The notes below the pieces were generated by a model, which saw nothing but the letters and a program-made list of their open reading frames with translations, was not told the DNA's origin and did not search any database. The position numbers and the translations under genes were made by a program. From assembly GCA_025936755.1 (NCBI GenBank), contig JAICSS010000003.1, positions 44,272 to 108,271 on the forward strand: a stretch of 64,000 nucleotides of DNA, in the 5' to 3' direction. This document shows, in pieces, positions 25,774 to 35,460 of the stretch (positions are counted from its first letter, which is position 1; each line of letters starts with the position of its first letter). This stretch comes from Solirubrobacterales bacterium. Its GTDB lineage: Bacteria > Actinomycetota > Thermoleophilia > Solirubrobacterales > 70-9.

Positions 25774-26238
25774 TTAGTGAGACTCGCGCCGGCGACGACC
25801 GAGCAAGCGGACGGCGCGGCCCGGGCGAGGGACCCGGAACATCGTCAGCTGACTGGAAAACGGCTCGGTCGCCGCCCGGCGCCGGTGCTCGCGGTCCGAG
25901 CGCTCGGTGGCGCCCAGCACGAGCAGGGCCTGGCCACTGTCCGCAACGGCCGAGCGAAGCAGGCGCTCGCGGCCGCCGGGACAGCGCCGGGTACCGTCGA
26001 CGCAAACACAGCCGGAGTCCTCCAGCACCTGGGTGTGGTAGCTGATTTCCCCGCGGCTGAGTTGGGGGAGAGCGGCGACGATGTCTGTGATGCTGCGCGG
26101 TTGCTCCGCTCCCTGCAAAACCCTGAGGATGTCGCGCCGTGTGGGGTGGTTGAGGGCGTCCTGGAGCTGGGGCTCCAGCGTCGCCACCAGATCCGCGGCA
26201 AGGCGCCCGTCTTCGGCCAAGACCCCCGCGTCGCCCAT
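25774..26238 (-). CDS. ArsR/SmtB-type winged-helix regulator with a Cys-rich segment
   Basis: LNHPTRRDILRVL ... LSRGEISYHTQVLEDSGCVCVDGTRRCPGG. Confidence 0.68.
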   Translation of the reverse strand: MGDAGVLAEDGRLAADLVATLEPQLQDALNHPTRRDILRVLQGAEQPRSITDIVAALPQLSRGEISYHTQVLEDSGCVCVDGTRRCPGGRERLLRSAVADSGQALLVLGATERSDREHRRRAATEPFSSQLTMFRVPRPGRAVRLLGRRRRESH

Positions 26239-26366
26239 CTCTCCTCCTCCGGTGGTTACCAGAAAAACATCACGATCACTAAGAGATCGTTGCGGAAGCC
26301 TAAAAGCGGGCCTCGCCTGTTACGAAGGCAAAATCCGGCAGTAATCGGGCGACGCGGGTTCGGCGG

Positions 26367-27167
26367 TTACTTAGCGCGGCAGAGGTACACCGCCTTGGTG
26401 TGGTGGTTTTCGTCCAGCCCGAGCGAAAGCTCGCCGTCCAGCTCGCCGTACAGGGCCACGCACTCGAGCCCGGCGCGGTCGATCGCCCCCCGCACCTGCG
26501 CCTCGCTGAAGTGGCGCTGGCGATGGACGTGGGCCTGCCCCGGCTGCCCGGGAACGTCGAAGCGCGCTTCGGCGAAGGTGCCGGGCCTGACTTCCTCCGG
26601 CGAGAGCTGCCCCTGCCAGACCAGGCGCTTGCCGCCTTCCTCGACGACGACTTCTTCGCTGAAGAAGGTCCGGTAGGTAACCAGCGTGTTGAGGTCGAAA
26701 AGGGCGATTCCGTCCGGGGCGAGGTTGCGGCCCATCCCCCGCAGCGTCGCCTCCAGTTCCTCGACCTCCAGCAGGTAGTTGAAGGGGTCGCTGACCGCCC
26801 AGATCAGGTCGAACTCGCCCAGCTCCGGCAGCTCCCGCATATCCGCCTCGACCAGCTCGGCCCGGTCGCCGGCCCGGGCCCGGGCCCGCTCGAGCATCTC
26901 CGTCGAGATGTCGCAGCCGGTCACCTCCCAGCCCGCCTCGAGCAGGCGGATGAAGCTGAGGCCGGTGCCGCAGGCGACGTCCAGCAGGCGCCTGCCGCCG
27001 ATCCCGGCCTCTTCGGCCCGCGAAAGCAGCCTCCCCGTCCAGCGCTCGTACATGTAGCCGCGGTTGAACTCGTCGTAGACCGGCGCGTAGGCGTCGTAGG
27101 CCTGCTTCGCCGAATCCCCCGCTGCCCATTGGTCTTGCATCTCTCCTCCTCCTGATCCCATTCCCAA
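26367..27167 (-). CDS. Class I SAM-dependent methyltransferase
   Basis: Motif I LLDVACGTGLS and post-I VTGCDIS. Confidence 0.85.
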   Translation of the reverse strand: MGMGSGGGEMQDQWAAGDSAKQAYDAYAPVYDEFNRGYMYERWTGRLLSRAEEAGIGGRRLLDVACGTGLSFIRLLEAGWEVTGCDISTEMLERARARAGDRAELVEADMRELPELGEFDLIWAVSDPFNYLLEVEELEATLRGMGRNLAPDGIALFDLNTLVTYRTFFSEEVVVEEGGKRLVWQGQLSPEEVRPGTFAEARFDVPGQPGQAHVHRQRHFSEAQVRGAIDRAGLECVALYGELDGELSLGLDENHHTKAVYLCRAK

Positions 27168-27451
27168 ATCGCGGCCCCTCTCCGAGCGATCAACCCGTGG
27201 AAGAGGGGCCGCGTTCCATTTAGGCGCCCTTGCTCGTGCTGGCTTTGGGCAGCGCCATATCCGTTGCGTCGAACTTCATCCTGCTCACCCCCCTTCACAA
27301 GATCCGACGTTTATGAGCAGGATCGTCCATCGCTGACAAAATCGGTCACTAATCCGAAGTTCGAAGGACCACTTTGGGAGAAGAAAGAATTCTTGAGCCA
27401 AAAGAATTAGTCTTCGTCTCTGTACTCAGCGTCTATTGAGGGGGTTTTCGG

Positions 27452-28699
27452 GTGGCGCGGGTTGTTGGAGAGAAGGAACCGGCGGCGTTCGGGATCAGCG
27501 CTAAGACGGCCCGTGCCCTGGCCGACCCCTGGCGGTTCCGGATCCTGATCGAGGTGACGGTGCGTCCACTCAGCCCTTCCCGCTTCGTCGAGGAATTCGG
27601 CGGCGAGCTGACCCACATCGCCCGCTGCTTCCGGCAATTGGCCGAGTGGGGCTACCTCGAGGTGGCCGAAGAGCGGCCCGGCCGTCGTCGCGGGGCGGCG
27701 ATCGAGCACGTCTACCGGGCGATCCGGCGGGCGCAGTTCGACTCCTACACCTGGGAAAGCGTCTCCCACTCCGACCGCGACAGCGTCACCCGCTCGATCC
27801 TCGACTCCTACCAGCAGCGCATCGGCGAAGCGCTGGAGTCGGGCACCTTCGACCAGGAGGTCGACCGCCACCTCTCCTGGGACATGGTCACCCTCGACCG
27901 ACCGGCCTGGCGGGAGCTGGGCGATCGACTCGACCTCCTCCTCGAATCCCTCGCCCAGCATGAGCTCGACGCCGGCGAGCGGCTGGCGGCGAACGACGGC
28001 GAGCAGATTCCGACGACCGTCGGCCTGGCCGCCTTTCGCTCCCCGGGCAACCCGGCGCCGCGGGCGAACGGCAAGAGCCGGCCCGGGCCCGGCGCCCCCC
28101 AGCCGGGCACCCACTACGTCCTCGGGCCGAAGCTCGCCAAGGCCCTCTCCAACCGCTGGCGCTGCCGGATCCTGATGGAGGTGAGCATGCGCCCGCAGAG
28201 CCCCTCCCAGTTCGTCGAGGAGCACGGCGGCTCGATGACCCACGTCTCCCGCTGCTTCCGCGAGCTGGCGAAATGGGGGTACCTCGAGGTCCTCGAAGAG
28301 CGCAAAGGCGGCCGGCGCGGCGGCGGCGTCGAACGGATCTACAAGAGCACCCACCGCCCCTACTTCGACTCCCCCACCTGGAAAGGCCTCCCCCAGATCC
28401 TCCGCGAAGAGATCTCCCCCTGGTTCCTCAACACCTACTTCGACCGCGTCAGCGAGGCGATCGAGCAGGGCACCTTCGACGCCGACCTCGACCGCCACCT
28501 CTCCTGGAAGCCCGTGGTCATCGACCGCGAGGCCTGGACGAGCATCGCCGGGGACCTCGACGAGATCCTCTCCTGGCTGCCGGAGCTGGAGGCGCAGTCG
28601 CTGGAGCGCACCGAGGACGCCGGGGAGCTGATCCCGGCGACGGTGGGGATGGCTTCGTTCCGGTCGCCCCCTTCGAGGCGCGGCCGCTCAGACGTTTGA
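27452..28699 (+). CDS. Tandem-duplicated (two-module) ArsR-like winged-helix regulator
   Basis: Two roughly 200-aa repeats. Each has LADPWRFRILIEV / LSNRWRCRILMEV wHTH, GTFD..DRHLSW, and IPTTVGLAAFRSP / IPATVGMASFRSP. GTG start. Confidence 0.75.
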   Translation: MARVVGEKEPAAFGISAKTARALADPWRFRILIEVTVRPLSPSRFVEEFGGELTHIARCFRQLAEWGYLEVAEERPGRRRGAAIEHVYRAIRRAQFDSYTWESVSHSDRDSVTRSILDSYQQRIGEALESGTFDQEVDRHLSWDMVTLDRPAWRELGDRLDLLLESLAQHELDAGERLAANDGEQIPTTVGLAAFRSPGNPAPRANGKSRPGPGAPQPGTHYVLGPKLAKALSNRWRCRILMEVSMRPQSPSQFVEEHGGSMTHVSRCFRELAKWGYLEVLEERKGGRRGGGVERIYKSTHRPYFDSPTWKGLPQILREEISPWFLNTYFDRVSEAIEQGTFDADLDRHLSWKPVVIDREAWTSIAGDLDEILSWLPELEAQSLERTEDAGELIPATVGMASFRSPPSRRGRSDV

Positions 28700-28819
28700 C
28701 GACCCCCCGCGGCGACATCCGTCCAGCCGCCGGGTTCCGCCTCTAGGTTGCCGCCACTTCAACCGCCCCTGGCAATGGGGGCGAGTCGATCTATCAACGG
28801 ATCTGAAAGGGGAGTTCGG

Positions 28820-29494
28820 ATGAGCAGGGGACTGCGGCAGGTGCCGGTGCTGGTGGTCGCGGGCGTGGCGCTCGCGGCGGCGCTGGGCGGAACGGTCTAC
28901 GCGGCCGGCAAGGTCAACGGGCGGACGATCAAGGTGAAGTCGCTGCCCGGGAACCGTCTCGCGCTCGGGTCGGTGCCGGGAAACCGGTTGAAGCCGGGGG
29001 CGATCAAGGGATCGGCGCTGGCGCCGGGGTCGATCACCGGGATCCAGATCGACGCCTCCACCCTCGGCCAGGTCCCCTCGGCGATCCACGCCGACGCGGC
29101 GGACTCGGCAGGCGACGCGGAGACGGCGCTGAACGCCGCCAACGCCGAGAACGCGCGCACCGTCAACGGCTACGAAGCCGGCTGCAGGAGCGGGACCCGC
29201 GGCTTCGCCGGCGCCTGCTGGCAGACGGCGGCGAGCGAGACCGCGCTGAACGCGCCGGCGGCGGCCGCGGCTTGCGCGACGCAGGGCGGCGAGCTGCCCG
29301 AGGCGCTGGCGCTGGCCGCCTTCTCCCAGCAGCCGGGGGTGACGCTGGCGGGGGATGAGTGGTCGAGCGACATCCCAGTGGTCTCTAGCCCTGATGTCTA
29401 CGCGGTGGTGACCGTAGCGTCTGACGGCGAAGTCGCCTCTGCCATCTCCACCGCCACCAAGAAATTCCGCTGCGTGCTGCCGCTGGTCGGCTGA
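28820..29494 (+). CDS. Secreted hypothetical protein with short G-x-(L/I)-x-PG repeats and a Cys-containing C-terminal domain
   Basis: ATG at 28820 with an AAAGGGGAG RBS. Signal/TM VPVLVVAGVALAAALGG. Repeats LPGNRLALGSVPGNRLKPGAIKGSALAPGSITG. Confidence 0.5.
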   Translation: MSRGLRQVPVLVVAGVALAAALGGTVYAAGKVNGRTIKVKSLPGNRLALGSVPGNRLKPGAIKGSALAPGSITGIQIDASTLGQVPSAIHADAADSAGDAETALNAANAENARTVNGYEAGCRSGTRGFAGACWQTAASETALNAPAAAAACATQGGELPEALALAAFSQQPGVTLAGDEWSSDIPVVSSPDVYAVVTVASDGEVASAISTATKKFRCVLPLVG

Positions 29495-29525
29495 TGCCCG
29501 GCCCTCTTCTATCCTCGGGCGGGCG

Positions 29526-30452
29526 ATGTTCCCGCACCCCGGCAGCCGCACGTCGAAGCCCGCCCTGCTCTGCGCGGCACTCGCCCTGGCGCTGGCGCTG
29601 GCGCTCGTCGCCGAAGCGGCGGAGGGCTCGGAAACCGGCGCAGCCGGCCGCGTCCGCCGTTACTGGACGCCGCAGCGGATGCAGAGCGCCCGCCCGCTCG
29701 ACCTCGTGGTCGGCGCCGACGGGCGGCCGCGGCTCGATCTCGGCCGCCCGGCGGCGCTCGCCGCCGCCAGCTTCCTCGACGCCCCGACCCCGACCGCGCC
29801 GCCCGCCTCGGCCAACGGCCGCCTCTTCGTCCGCATCGGCAAGGACCGCGGCTACTGCTCGGCGACGGCGATCGACAGCCCGACCCGGCAGCTCGTCCTG
29901 ACCGCCGGCCACTGCGTCAACGCCGGCTCCAGCCACCACGGCAACCTCTGGTACCGCGACCTCCTCTTCGTCCCCGCCTACAGCGCCGGCAAGGCCCCAT
30001 TCGGCGCCTTCCCGGCGCGGCGCAAGAAGATCTTCTCGCCGCCACAGTGGACCCACCGCGACAACCCCGACTTCGACCTCGGCGCCTTCCTCGCGGCCCC
30101 TGACAAGCGCGGCATCGACGTCGCCGACGCGGTCGGCGGCGGCGCCGCGATCGCCCTCGACCTCCCCCGCAACCAGCGCTACTCCTCCTTCGGCTATCCC
30201 GGCAACTTCAAGCGGATGCAGACCTGCACCGCCGGCTATGCGGGGGACGACGGGCTGACCAGGCCCCTCCCCGGCCCGCCGACCCTGGCGATCGGCTGCG
30301 GCTGGGCGCCCGGCGCCAGCGGCGGCGGCTGGCTGGTCGAAGACGGGCGCATCGCCGGGCTCAACTCCTATCTCAAGATCGGCGAACGCTCCCGCACCTA
30401 CGGTCCCTACTTCACCCGGGAAACCGTCGGCAAGCTGGTCGAAGGGCTCTGA
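29526..30452 (+). CDS. Secreted trypsin-like serine peptidase (S1 family)
   Basis: Signal peptide. Catalytic His LTAGHC, Asp in DFDLGAF, Ser in APGASGGGW. Confidence 0.78.
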   Translation: MFPHPGSRTSKPALLCAALALALALALVAEAAEGSETGAAGRVRRYWTPQRMQSARPLDLVVGADGRPRLDLGRPAALAAASFLDAPTPTAPPASANGRLFVRIGKDRGYCSATAIDSPTRQLVLTAGHCVNAGSSHHGNLWYRDLLFVPAYSAGKAPFGAFPARRKKIFSPPQWTHRDNPDFDLGAFLAAPDKRGIDVADAVGGGAAIALDLPRNQRYSSFGYPGNFKRMQTCTAGYAGDDGLTRPLPGPPTLAIGCGWAPGASGGGWLVEDGRIAGLNSYLKIGERSRTYGPYFTRETVGKLVEGL

Positions 30453-30458
30453 GGCCGT

Positions 30459-30839
30459 TCAGCCGGCCTCGGCCTCGAGCAGGCGGCGGTAGTAGCGGTA
30501 GTCGCGCCGCTCGGGGCGGAGGTTGCAGGCGAGCGCGAGGTGGTGACGGGCGCGCCGCTTCTGGCCGGTCTTGCTGAGGGCGCGGCCGAGGCAGAAGTGG
30601 GCGAAGTCGTTGACCGGGTGCGAGGCGACCACCGCCTCGAACTCGGCCGCGGCCGGGGCGAAGCGGCCGGAGCGGAAGTAGGCGCGGCCGAGGGCCTCGC
30701 GGACCGAGGTCTTCTCCGGGGCGCGGCGGGCGGCCTCGGCCAGCGGCGCGGTGGCGTGCTCGAAGTCGCCGTCCTCGAGCAGCTCGAGGCCGCGGCGGTA
30801 GAGCGTGTAGGTCGGCTCGGGGGTCGCCTCGCCGGGCAT
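30459..30839 (-). CDS. Tetratricopeptide-repeat protein
   Basis: TPR-like helical pairs (YRRGLELLEDGDFEHA, LGRAYFRSGRFAPAAAEFE, LGRALSKTGQ). I prefer the ATG at 30837-30839. Confidence 0.6.
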   Translation of the reverse strand: MPGEATPEPTYTLYRRGLELLEDGDFEHATAPLAEAARRAPEKTSVREALGRAYFRSGRFAPAAAEFEAVVASHPVNDFAHFCLGRALSKTGQKRRARHHLALACNLRPERRDYRYYRRLLEAEAG

Positions 30840-30989
30840 GGGGGAAAGTGTAGGAGGCCGGCAAAGCCGCAAAACGGGGGCCGCGATTGCATGAGCCTGC
30901 GATTCGTGCGTGCCAGCAGGGCAAAAAGGCGACCCTGCTACCGTAGGGAGACGGATTCGGCAGCTTTTTCCCGCGCCGGATCACTCCTT

Positions 30990-31337
30990 ATGAGCACGAT
31001 TACGACCGCGAAAAAATGGACCTGCGACCAGTGCGGGGTGACCGTCAGCCGCCTCGGCGGCGAGAAGGTCGAGCTGCCCGCCAGCTGGACGTCCTCGCAG
31101 GAGGGCACCTTCTGCCTGCTCTGCCGGCGTGAGCGCGCCGCCCAGGCCGCCCTCGACGCCGCGCCCAAGGACAGCGGCCTCGAAGACCGCGCCAAACTCC
31201 GCCGCGCCGCCCTGGTCGAGTTCGAGGTCCGCCGCCGCCCCGGCCACGGCAACGGCGAGATCGCCAAAGCCTGCCGCTCCTCCGTCGCCGCGGTGGTCGC
31301 CGCCCGCAAACGCCTGAAGATCCCGGCGCCGCAGTAG
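30990..31337 (+). CDS. Hypothetical zinc-ribbon-like protein
   Basis: CDQC ... CLLC pairs. 115 aa starting from the ATG at 30990. Confidence 0.45.
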   Translation: MSTITTAKKWTCDQCGVTVSRLGGEKVELPASWTSSQEGTFCLLCRRERAAQAALDAAPKDSGLEDRAKLRRAALVEFEVRRRPGHGNGEIAKACRSSVAAVVAARKRLKIPAPQ

Positions 31338-31386
31338 CGCAGCGGATCTTCGCCCCACCGGGGTGGGGCGAAAGCCGGCTGCGCCG

Positions 31387-32499
31387 CTAGACCCGCGTGC
31401 GCTCGGCCAGGTCGGCGAGCAGCGCGCCCATCCCGCCCTCGCCGTGGACGCGGCGCTGGCGCTCGGCGCCGTTGCCGTCGGCGAGGATACGGTCGATCTC
31501 CTCGAGGGCGTCCTCGCCACCGAGGTCCCTGGCGTAGGGGCGGGCCTCTTCGAGGGTGCCGCGGGCGACCTCGGGGGCCGGGGCGGCGGTGCCCTCGTCG
31601 ATCATCAGGCGCGCCTCGAGGCCGTAGCGCTCGGCCTGGAAGTAGGACTCCTCGATCGCCTCGCGGGTGAGGCCGGGGGCGCCGGGGCGGTCGATCTCCT
31701 TCGCCGCCAGGGCCTGGATCAGGGCGGCGATCGCCGCGTTCGCCTGCGGCCGCGCCTGCACGTCCATCCCCCGCACCTCGACCGTGCCGAGCCTGGGGTG
31801 CGGGCGCACGTCCCACCAGATGTAGGTGTAGTCGGAGACGCCGGCGGCGGCGATCAGCTGGTCGGCGACGCGGAGGAAGTCGTCGTAGTCGCGGAAGGCG
31901 CGGGGCAGCTCGAAGCGCGGGTAGCTGCGGACGGCGGCGGCGCGGGCGCTGGCGAGGCCGGAGTCGGCGCCGTCGCGGAAGGGCGAGTTGGCGGTCAGCG
32001 CCGCCAGCAGCGGCAGGTGGTGGCGCATCGCGTTGGCAACGGCGACGGCGGTTTCGGGATCGGGGACGCCGACGTGGACGTGGAGCCCGCAGGGCGGCGT
32101 CGCCAGCAGGCTGGCGAGGTCCTTCTTCACCGACTCGTAGCGGGCTTTTTCGATCAGCGCCGGCTCGCCGCTCTCGCCCGGGTAGAGGCCGGAGCCCATC
32201 AATCGGGCGCCGGCGGCGACGGCGGCCCGGCGCACCTCGCCCAGCTCCTTCGCGGCCTGGCCGGCGTCGAGGCAGACTCCCGTCTTCAGCTCGATCTGGG
32301 TGGCGAAGATCTCGGTCGAGACCGCCTTGCGGTGACCCGCCTCGATCCGTTCCAGCACCTGCTCGCCCCCGGCCACCAGCCCGCACCCCTCGTCGACCAG
32401 CAGCAGCTCCTCCTCGACCCCGATCGTCAGCGGCGTCGAGGAGCCGAACTCGTGCTCGCGGCGGCCGGCTTCGCCCTCGGTTTTGGATGAAGTTCCCAT
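31387..32499 (-). CDS. Carboxylate-amine ligase, glutamate-cysteine ligase family 2 (YbdK-like)
   Basis: TIGVEEELLLVD, TEIFATQIELKT and GLHVHVGV are GCS2 signatures. ATG at 32497-32499. Confidence 0.85.
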   Translation of the reverse strand: MGTSSKTEGEAGRREHEFGSSTPLTIGVEEELLLVDEGCGLVAGGEQVLERIEAGHRKAVSTEIFATQIELKTGVCLDAGQAAKELGEVRRAAVAAGARLMGSGLYPGESGEPALIEKARYESVKKDLASLLATPPCGLHVHVGVPDPETAVAVANAMRHHLPLLAALTANSPFRDGADSGLASARAAAVRSYPRFELPRAFRDYDDFLRVADQLIAAAGVSDYTYIWWDVRPHPRLGTVEVRGMDVQARPQANAAIAALIQALAAKEIDRPGAPGLTREAIEESYFQAERYGLEARLMIDEGTAAPAPEVARGTLEEARPYARDLGGEDALEEIDRILADGNGAERQRRVHGEGGMGALLADLAERTRV

Positions 32500-32565
32500 A
32501 GTGCCCCGGTGAGGGCGAGCTACCCACGGGAGAAGCTTCTTTAACCCCCGCCTATCCTGGCTCGG

Positions 32566-33831
32566 ATGCCCATTCGAAGGCGCTTCGACGTGCTCCGGGA
32601 ACCGGCCTACCGGCGGCTCTTCCTCGGCCGCACCGCCTCGCTTGTCGGCGACGGGATGGCCCCGATCGCGATCTCCTTCGCCATCCTCGGCCTGACCGGC
32701 TCGGCGACCGACCTCGGCCTCGTCCTCACCGCCCACGCCGCCGTCATGATCGCTCTCCTCCTCGTCGGCGGCGTCGTCGGCGACCGGGTCTCGCCGCGGC
32801 TGGCGATGCTCGGCGCCGACCTGACGCGGGCGATCTCGACCGCGCTGCTGGCGGCGCTGCTGCTTACCGGCGCCGCCGAGATCTGGCAGCTGGCGCTGCT
32901 CTACGCGATCGACGGCGCCGCCACCGCCTTCTTCAACCCGGCCTCCACCGCGATCGTCCCCCAGGTGGTCCCCGGCCCCCGGCTGCAGGAGGCGAACGCG
33001 CTGCTGAACATCTCCCGCCACGGCGGCAAGGTGGCGGGGCCGGCGCTGGCCGGCCTGCTGCTGGCGCTGGGCTCGCCGGGCACCGCGCTCGCCGTCGACG
33101 CCGCCACCTTCGCCCTCAGCGCCGCCTGCCTGCTCGGCGTGCGAGCGCCGAGGCTGCCGCAGACCGGCAGGGAGCCGGCATTCTTCTCCGAGCTGCGGCA
33201 CGGCTGGCGCGAGTTCTCCAGCCGCAGGTGGATGGTCGCGATAGTCCTCTCGGCGGCGGTCAGCAACGGGATCTTCTTCCCGGTCTTCCAGGTGCTCGGG
33301 CCGGTGGTCTCCAGCGAATCGCTAGACGGCTCCAGCTCCTGGGCGCTGATCATGGCGCTCTTCGGCGCCGGCGGGCTGCTTGGCGCGGTCGCCGCCCTCT
33401 CGCTGCGGCCGCGCCGGCCGCTGCTGGTCGGCGAGGGCCTGATCTGCCTGATCGCGATCCCGGCGCTGCTGCTGGCGATCCCGGCCTCGACCGCGGCGAT
33501 CGCCATCGGAGCCCTCGTCTCCGCCACCACCGTCGGCTTCGGCGAGGTCCTCTACGACACGGTGGTGGCACAGCACGTCCCCCCGGAGTCGCTCTCGCGG
33601 GTGATCGCCTACGACTGGTTCGGAGCCCTCGCCCTGGAGCCCGTCGGCCTGGCGCTGGTCGGCCCGCTGGCGGCGGGGCTCGGGACCTCGACCACGCTCT
33701 ACCTCGGCGCCGCGGCGATCACCGTCTGCCAGGCCTGCGTCCTCCTCGTCCCCAGCCTCCGCCGCCTCGAAGCGCGTCCCGAAGCGACCGGCCCGCTGCC
33801 GCCGCTGCGGCCGGTCGAGGCCGGCGACTGA
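32566..33831 (+). CDS. MFS transporter
   Basis: About 12 TM helices. Loop motif GDRVSPRL between TM2 and TM3. Confidence 0.82.
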   Translation: MPIRRRFDVLREPAYRRLFLGRTASLVGDGMAPIAISFAILGLTGSATDLGLVLTAHAAVMIALLLVGGVVGDRVSPRLAMLGADLTRAISTALLAALLLTGAAEIWQLALLYAIDGAATAFFNPASTAIVPQVVPGPRLQEANALLNISRHGGKVAGPALAGLLLALGSPGTALAVDAATFALSAACLLGVRAPRLPQTGREPAFFSELRHGWREFSSRRWMVAIVLSAAVSNGIFFPVFQVLGPVVSSESLDGSSSWALIMALFGAGGLLGAVAALSLRPRRPLLVGEGLICLIAIPALLLAIPASTAAIAIGALVSATTVGFGEVLYDTVVAQHVPPESLSRVIAYDWFGALALEPVGLALVGPLAAGLGTSTTLYLGAAAITVCQACVLLVPSLRRLEARPEATGPLPPLRPVEAGD

Positions 33832-33914
33832 CCCGCCGCCGGGGCCCGGTTTCGGCCAGCGATTAGGGCGCCGAATACCAGCGCAAGAAAACGCGTCAGC
33901 ATATCAGTCGTTTC

Positions 33915-33943
33915 TTGACATAGACATTGCCGTTCCCTAGTTT
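33915..33943 (+). promoter_or_regulatory. Candidate sigma-70-type promoter
   Basis: TTGACA, 17-nt spacer, TAGTTT. Located in a low-GC patch upstream of 34136. Confidence 0.3.
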
Positions 33944-34135
33944 TCGGGAGAGGCCCGAGGGGACGGCGAAAGGTCATATCGAGAAGACGCGGGGAGAAAA
34001 AAGGCAATAGGACGACCCTTCTTCAGGTTGGCCCCTGCCTGCCGCAGCGCTCCCCGCGCTCCTATTCATCTGACCCCGCTCTGCCCATCAGTAAGGGGCT
34101 ATCGACAACCCGTCACAGATAGAAAAACACCAGTC

Positions 34136-34471
34136 ATGAGCAATCGGAGAGAAAAGATGAAATATGTGAAGTACCTATCGATATTGACGGCATCCCTTGC
34201 CGTTCTATTCCTACCTATCGGTTTCGGCGCAGCCTCGTATCTGTTTTCCGGCTCTGTCGGCCAACCCGGCCTTACCCTCGCTCTCGCCGCCGTCGCGATC
34301 GCGCTGACGATCGCCTTCCAGACGCTCGTCGCGTCCACCATCGCGACCCCCAGAAGCCGCCGCCTACTGCGGCAACTCCACGTCGTCGGCGCCGATGACG
34401 ACGCCACCGACAACTCCGACCGCAGAGGTATCCCCACGCGTAGCTGCCAAGAAAAACTTCGCCTTGCCTGA
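34136..34471 (+). CDS. Hypothetical small membrane protein
   Basis: Two hydrophobic helices (LSILTASLAVLFLPIGFGAA and LTLALAAVAIALTIAF). Low-GC 5' end. Start codon uncertain. Confidence 0.4.
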   Translation: MSNRREKMKYVKYLSILTASLAVLFLPIGFGAASYLFSGSVGQPGLTLALAAVAIALTIAFQTLVASTIATPRSRRLLRQLHVVGADDDATDNSDRRGIPTRSCQEKLRLA

Positions 34472-34617
34472 AGGCAACGCGTAGAGCCTCCTCCACGGTT
34501 CGTCGTGACTAGCCCGCGCTAGTCGTTCGCGCCTTGGTCTGAGCGGCCTCTCCGTGTCGCCTGCGACGGCAGGTCGAAAGACGGTGCACACCTTGCACCG
34601 CCCCCAGGAGAGGCTCG

Positions 34618-35358
34618 ATGCCCGACCAACTACCCGAAGAGAACAAACCCGCCCCCGCGCTCTCCCGCAACTTCGCGGGACAGCCCGTCGACGACACCGA
34701 TCCCGCCGCGGACGAGACGCCGCAGCGACGCGAGCCCTCGCCGCGGAGGGTCCTCGAAGAAGAAAGCGCCGCGCGCGAGGCGATGAGGCTGACCATCAGC
34801 CGCAAGCAGGCGCAGCTGCGAGTCGAGAACGAGCGGGCCCGCAAATTGGGGGCCGAAGCGGACCGGATGGAACTGGAAGCCGCATCCGTGCGCGCCCGGG
34901 TGCGGGCGGCGAACGCCGAAGCCGAGAAGCAGGAGGCGGAGAGCTCGGTTGCGAGCGCGAAGGCTCGGACCGCGGGCGCCGAAGCCCTCAAGAGCGAGCA
35001 CGAGGCCGAGATCCCGGCGGCCCAGGTCCGCGACCTCGACGCCGGCGCGAAGAAGAAACGGCAGGAGGCCGGCTTCGTGGCCGCGCAGGCCCAGAAAGCG
35101 AAGCATGCCGCCGACCACGAGCCCGCCCACCAGCGGCAGGCGCTGTTCGCGGGATGGACCAGGATCGGCCTCACCATCTTCCTCACCCTGGTCTCGACGA
35201 GCCTGCTGATCGTCGGCTACCTGATCGACCCGGTGGCCTACGTTCCAGCGCTTGCAGCCGGGGTCGGTCTCTACCCCTTCAAGCCGGGGGAGTTCGTCTT
35301 CTCCCGCCCGTCCAAGACGGAGGAAGGCGACGATGCGGGCGGAGGCGCGAAGAGCTAG
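34618..35358 (+). CDS. Coiled-coil protein with a C-terminal two-helix membrane anchor
   Basis: Long Ala/Glu/Arg/Lys heptad-like region, then IGLTIFLTLVSTSLLIVGYLI and VPALAAGVGLY. ATG with a GGAGAGG RBS. Confidence 0.5.
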   Translation: MPDQLPEENKPAPALSRNFAGQPVDDTDPAADETPQRREPSPRRVLEEESAAREAMRLTISRKQAQLRVENERARKLGAEADRMELEAASVRARVRAANAEAEKQEAESSVASAKARTAGAEALKSEHEAEIPAAQVRDLDAGAKKKRQEAGFVAAQAQKAKHAADHEPAHQRQALFAGWTRIGLTIFLTLVSTSLLIVGYLIDPVAYVPALAAGVGLYPFKPGEFVFSRPSKTEEGDDAGGGAKS

Positions 35359-35460
35359 AGCGTGGGCGGGACCGCTTCGGCGGCGTTGAGCTCTGGACCC
35401 CGAAGGGCGGCGGCGCGGGATCGAGCAGGCCCATGGCCGGCCAGCCTAACCTCCGCTGCC

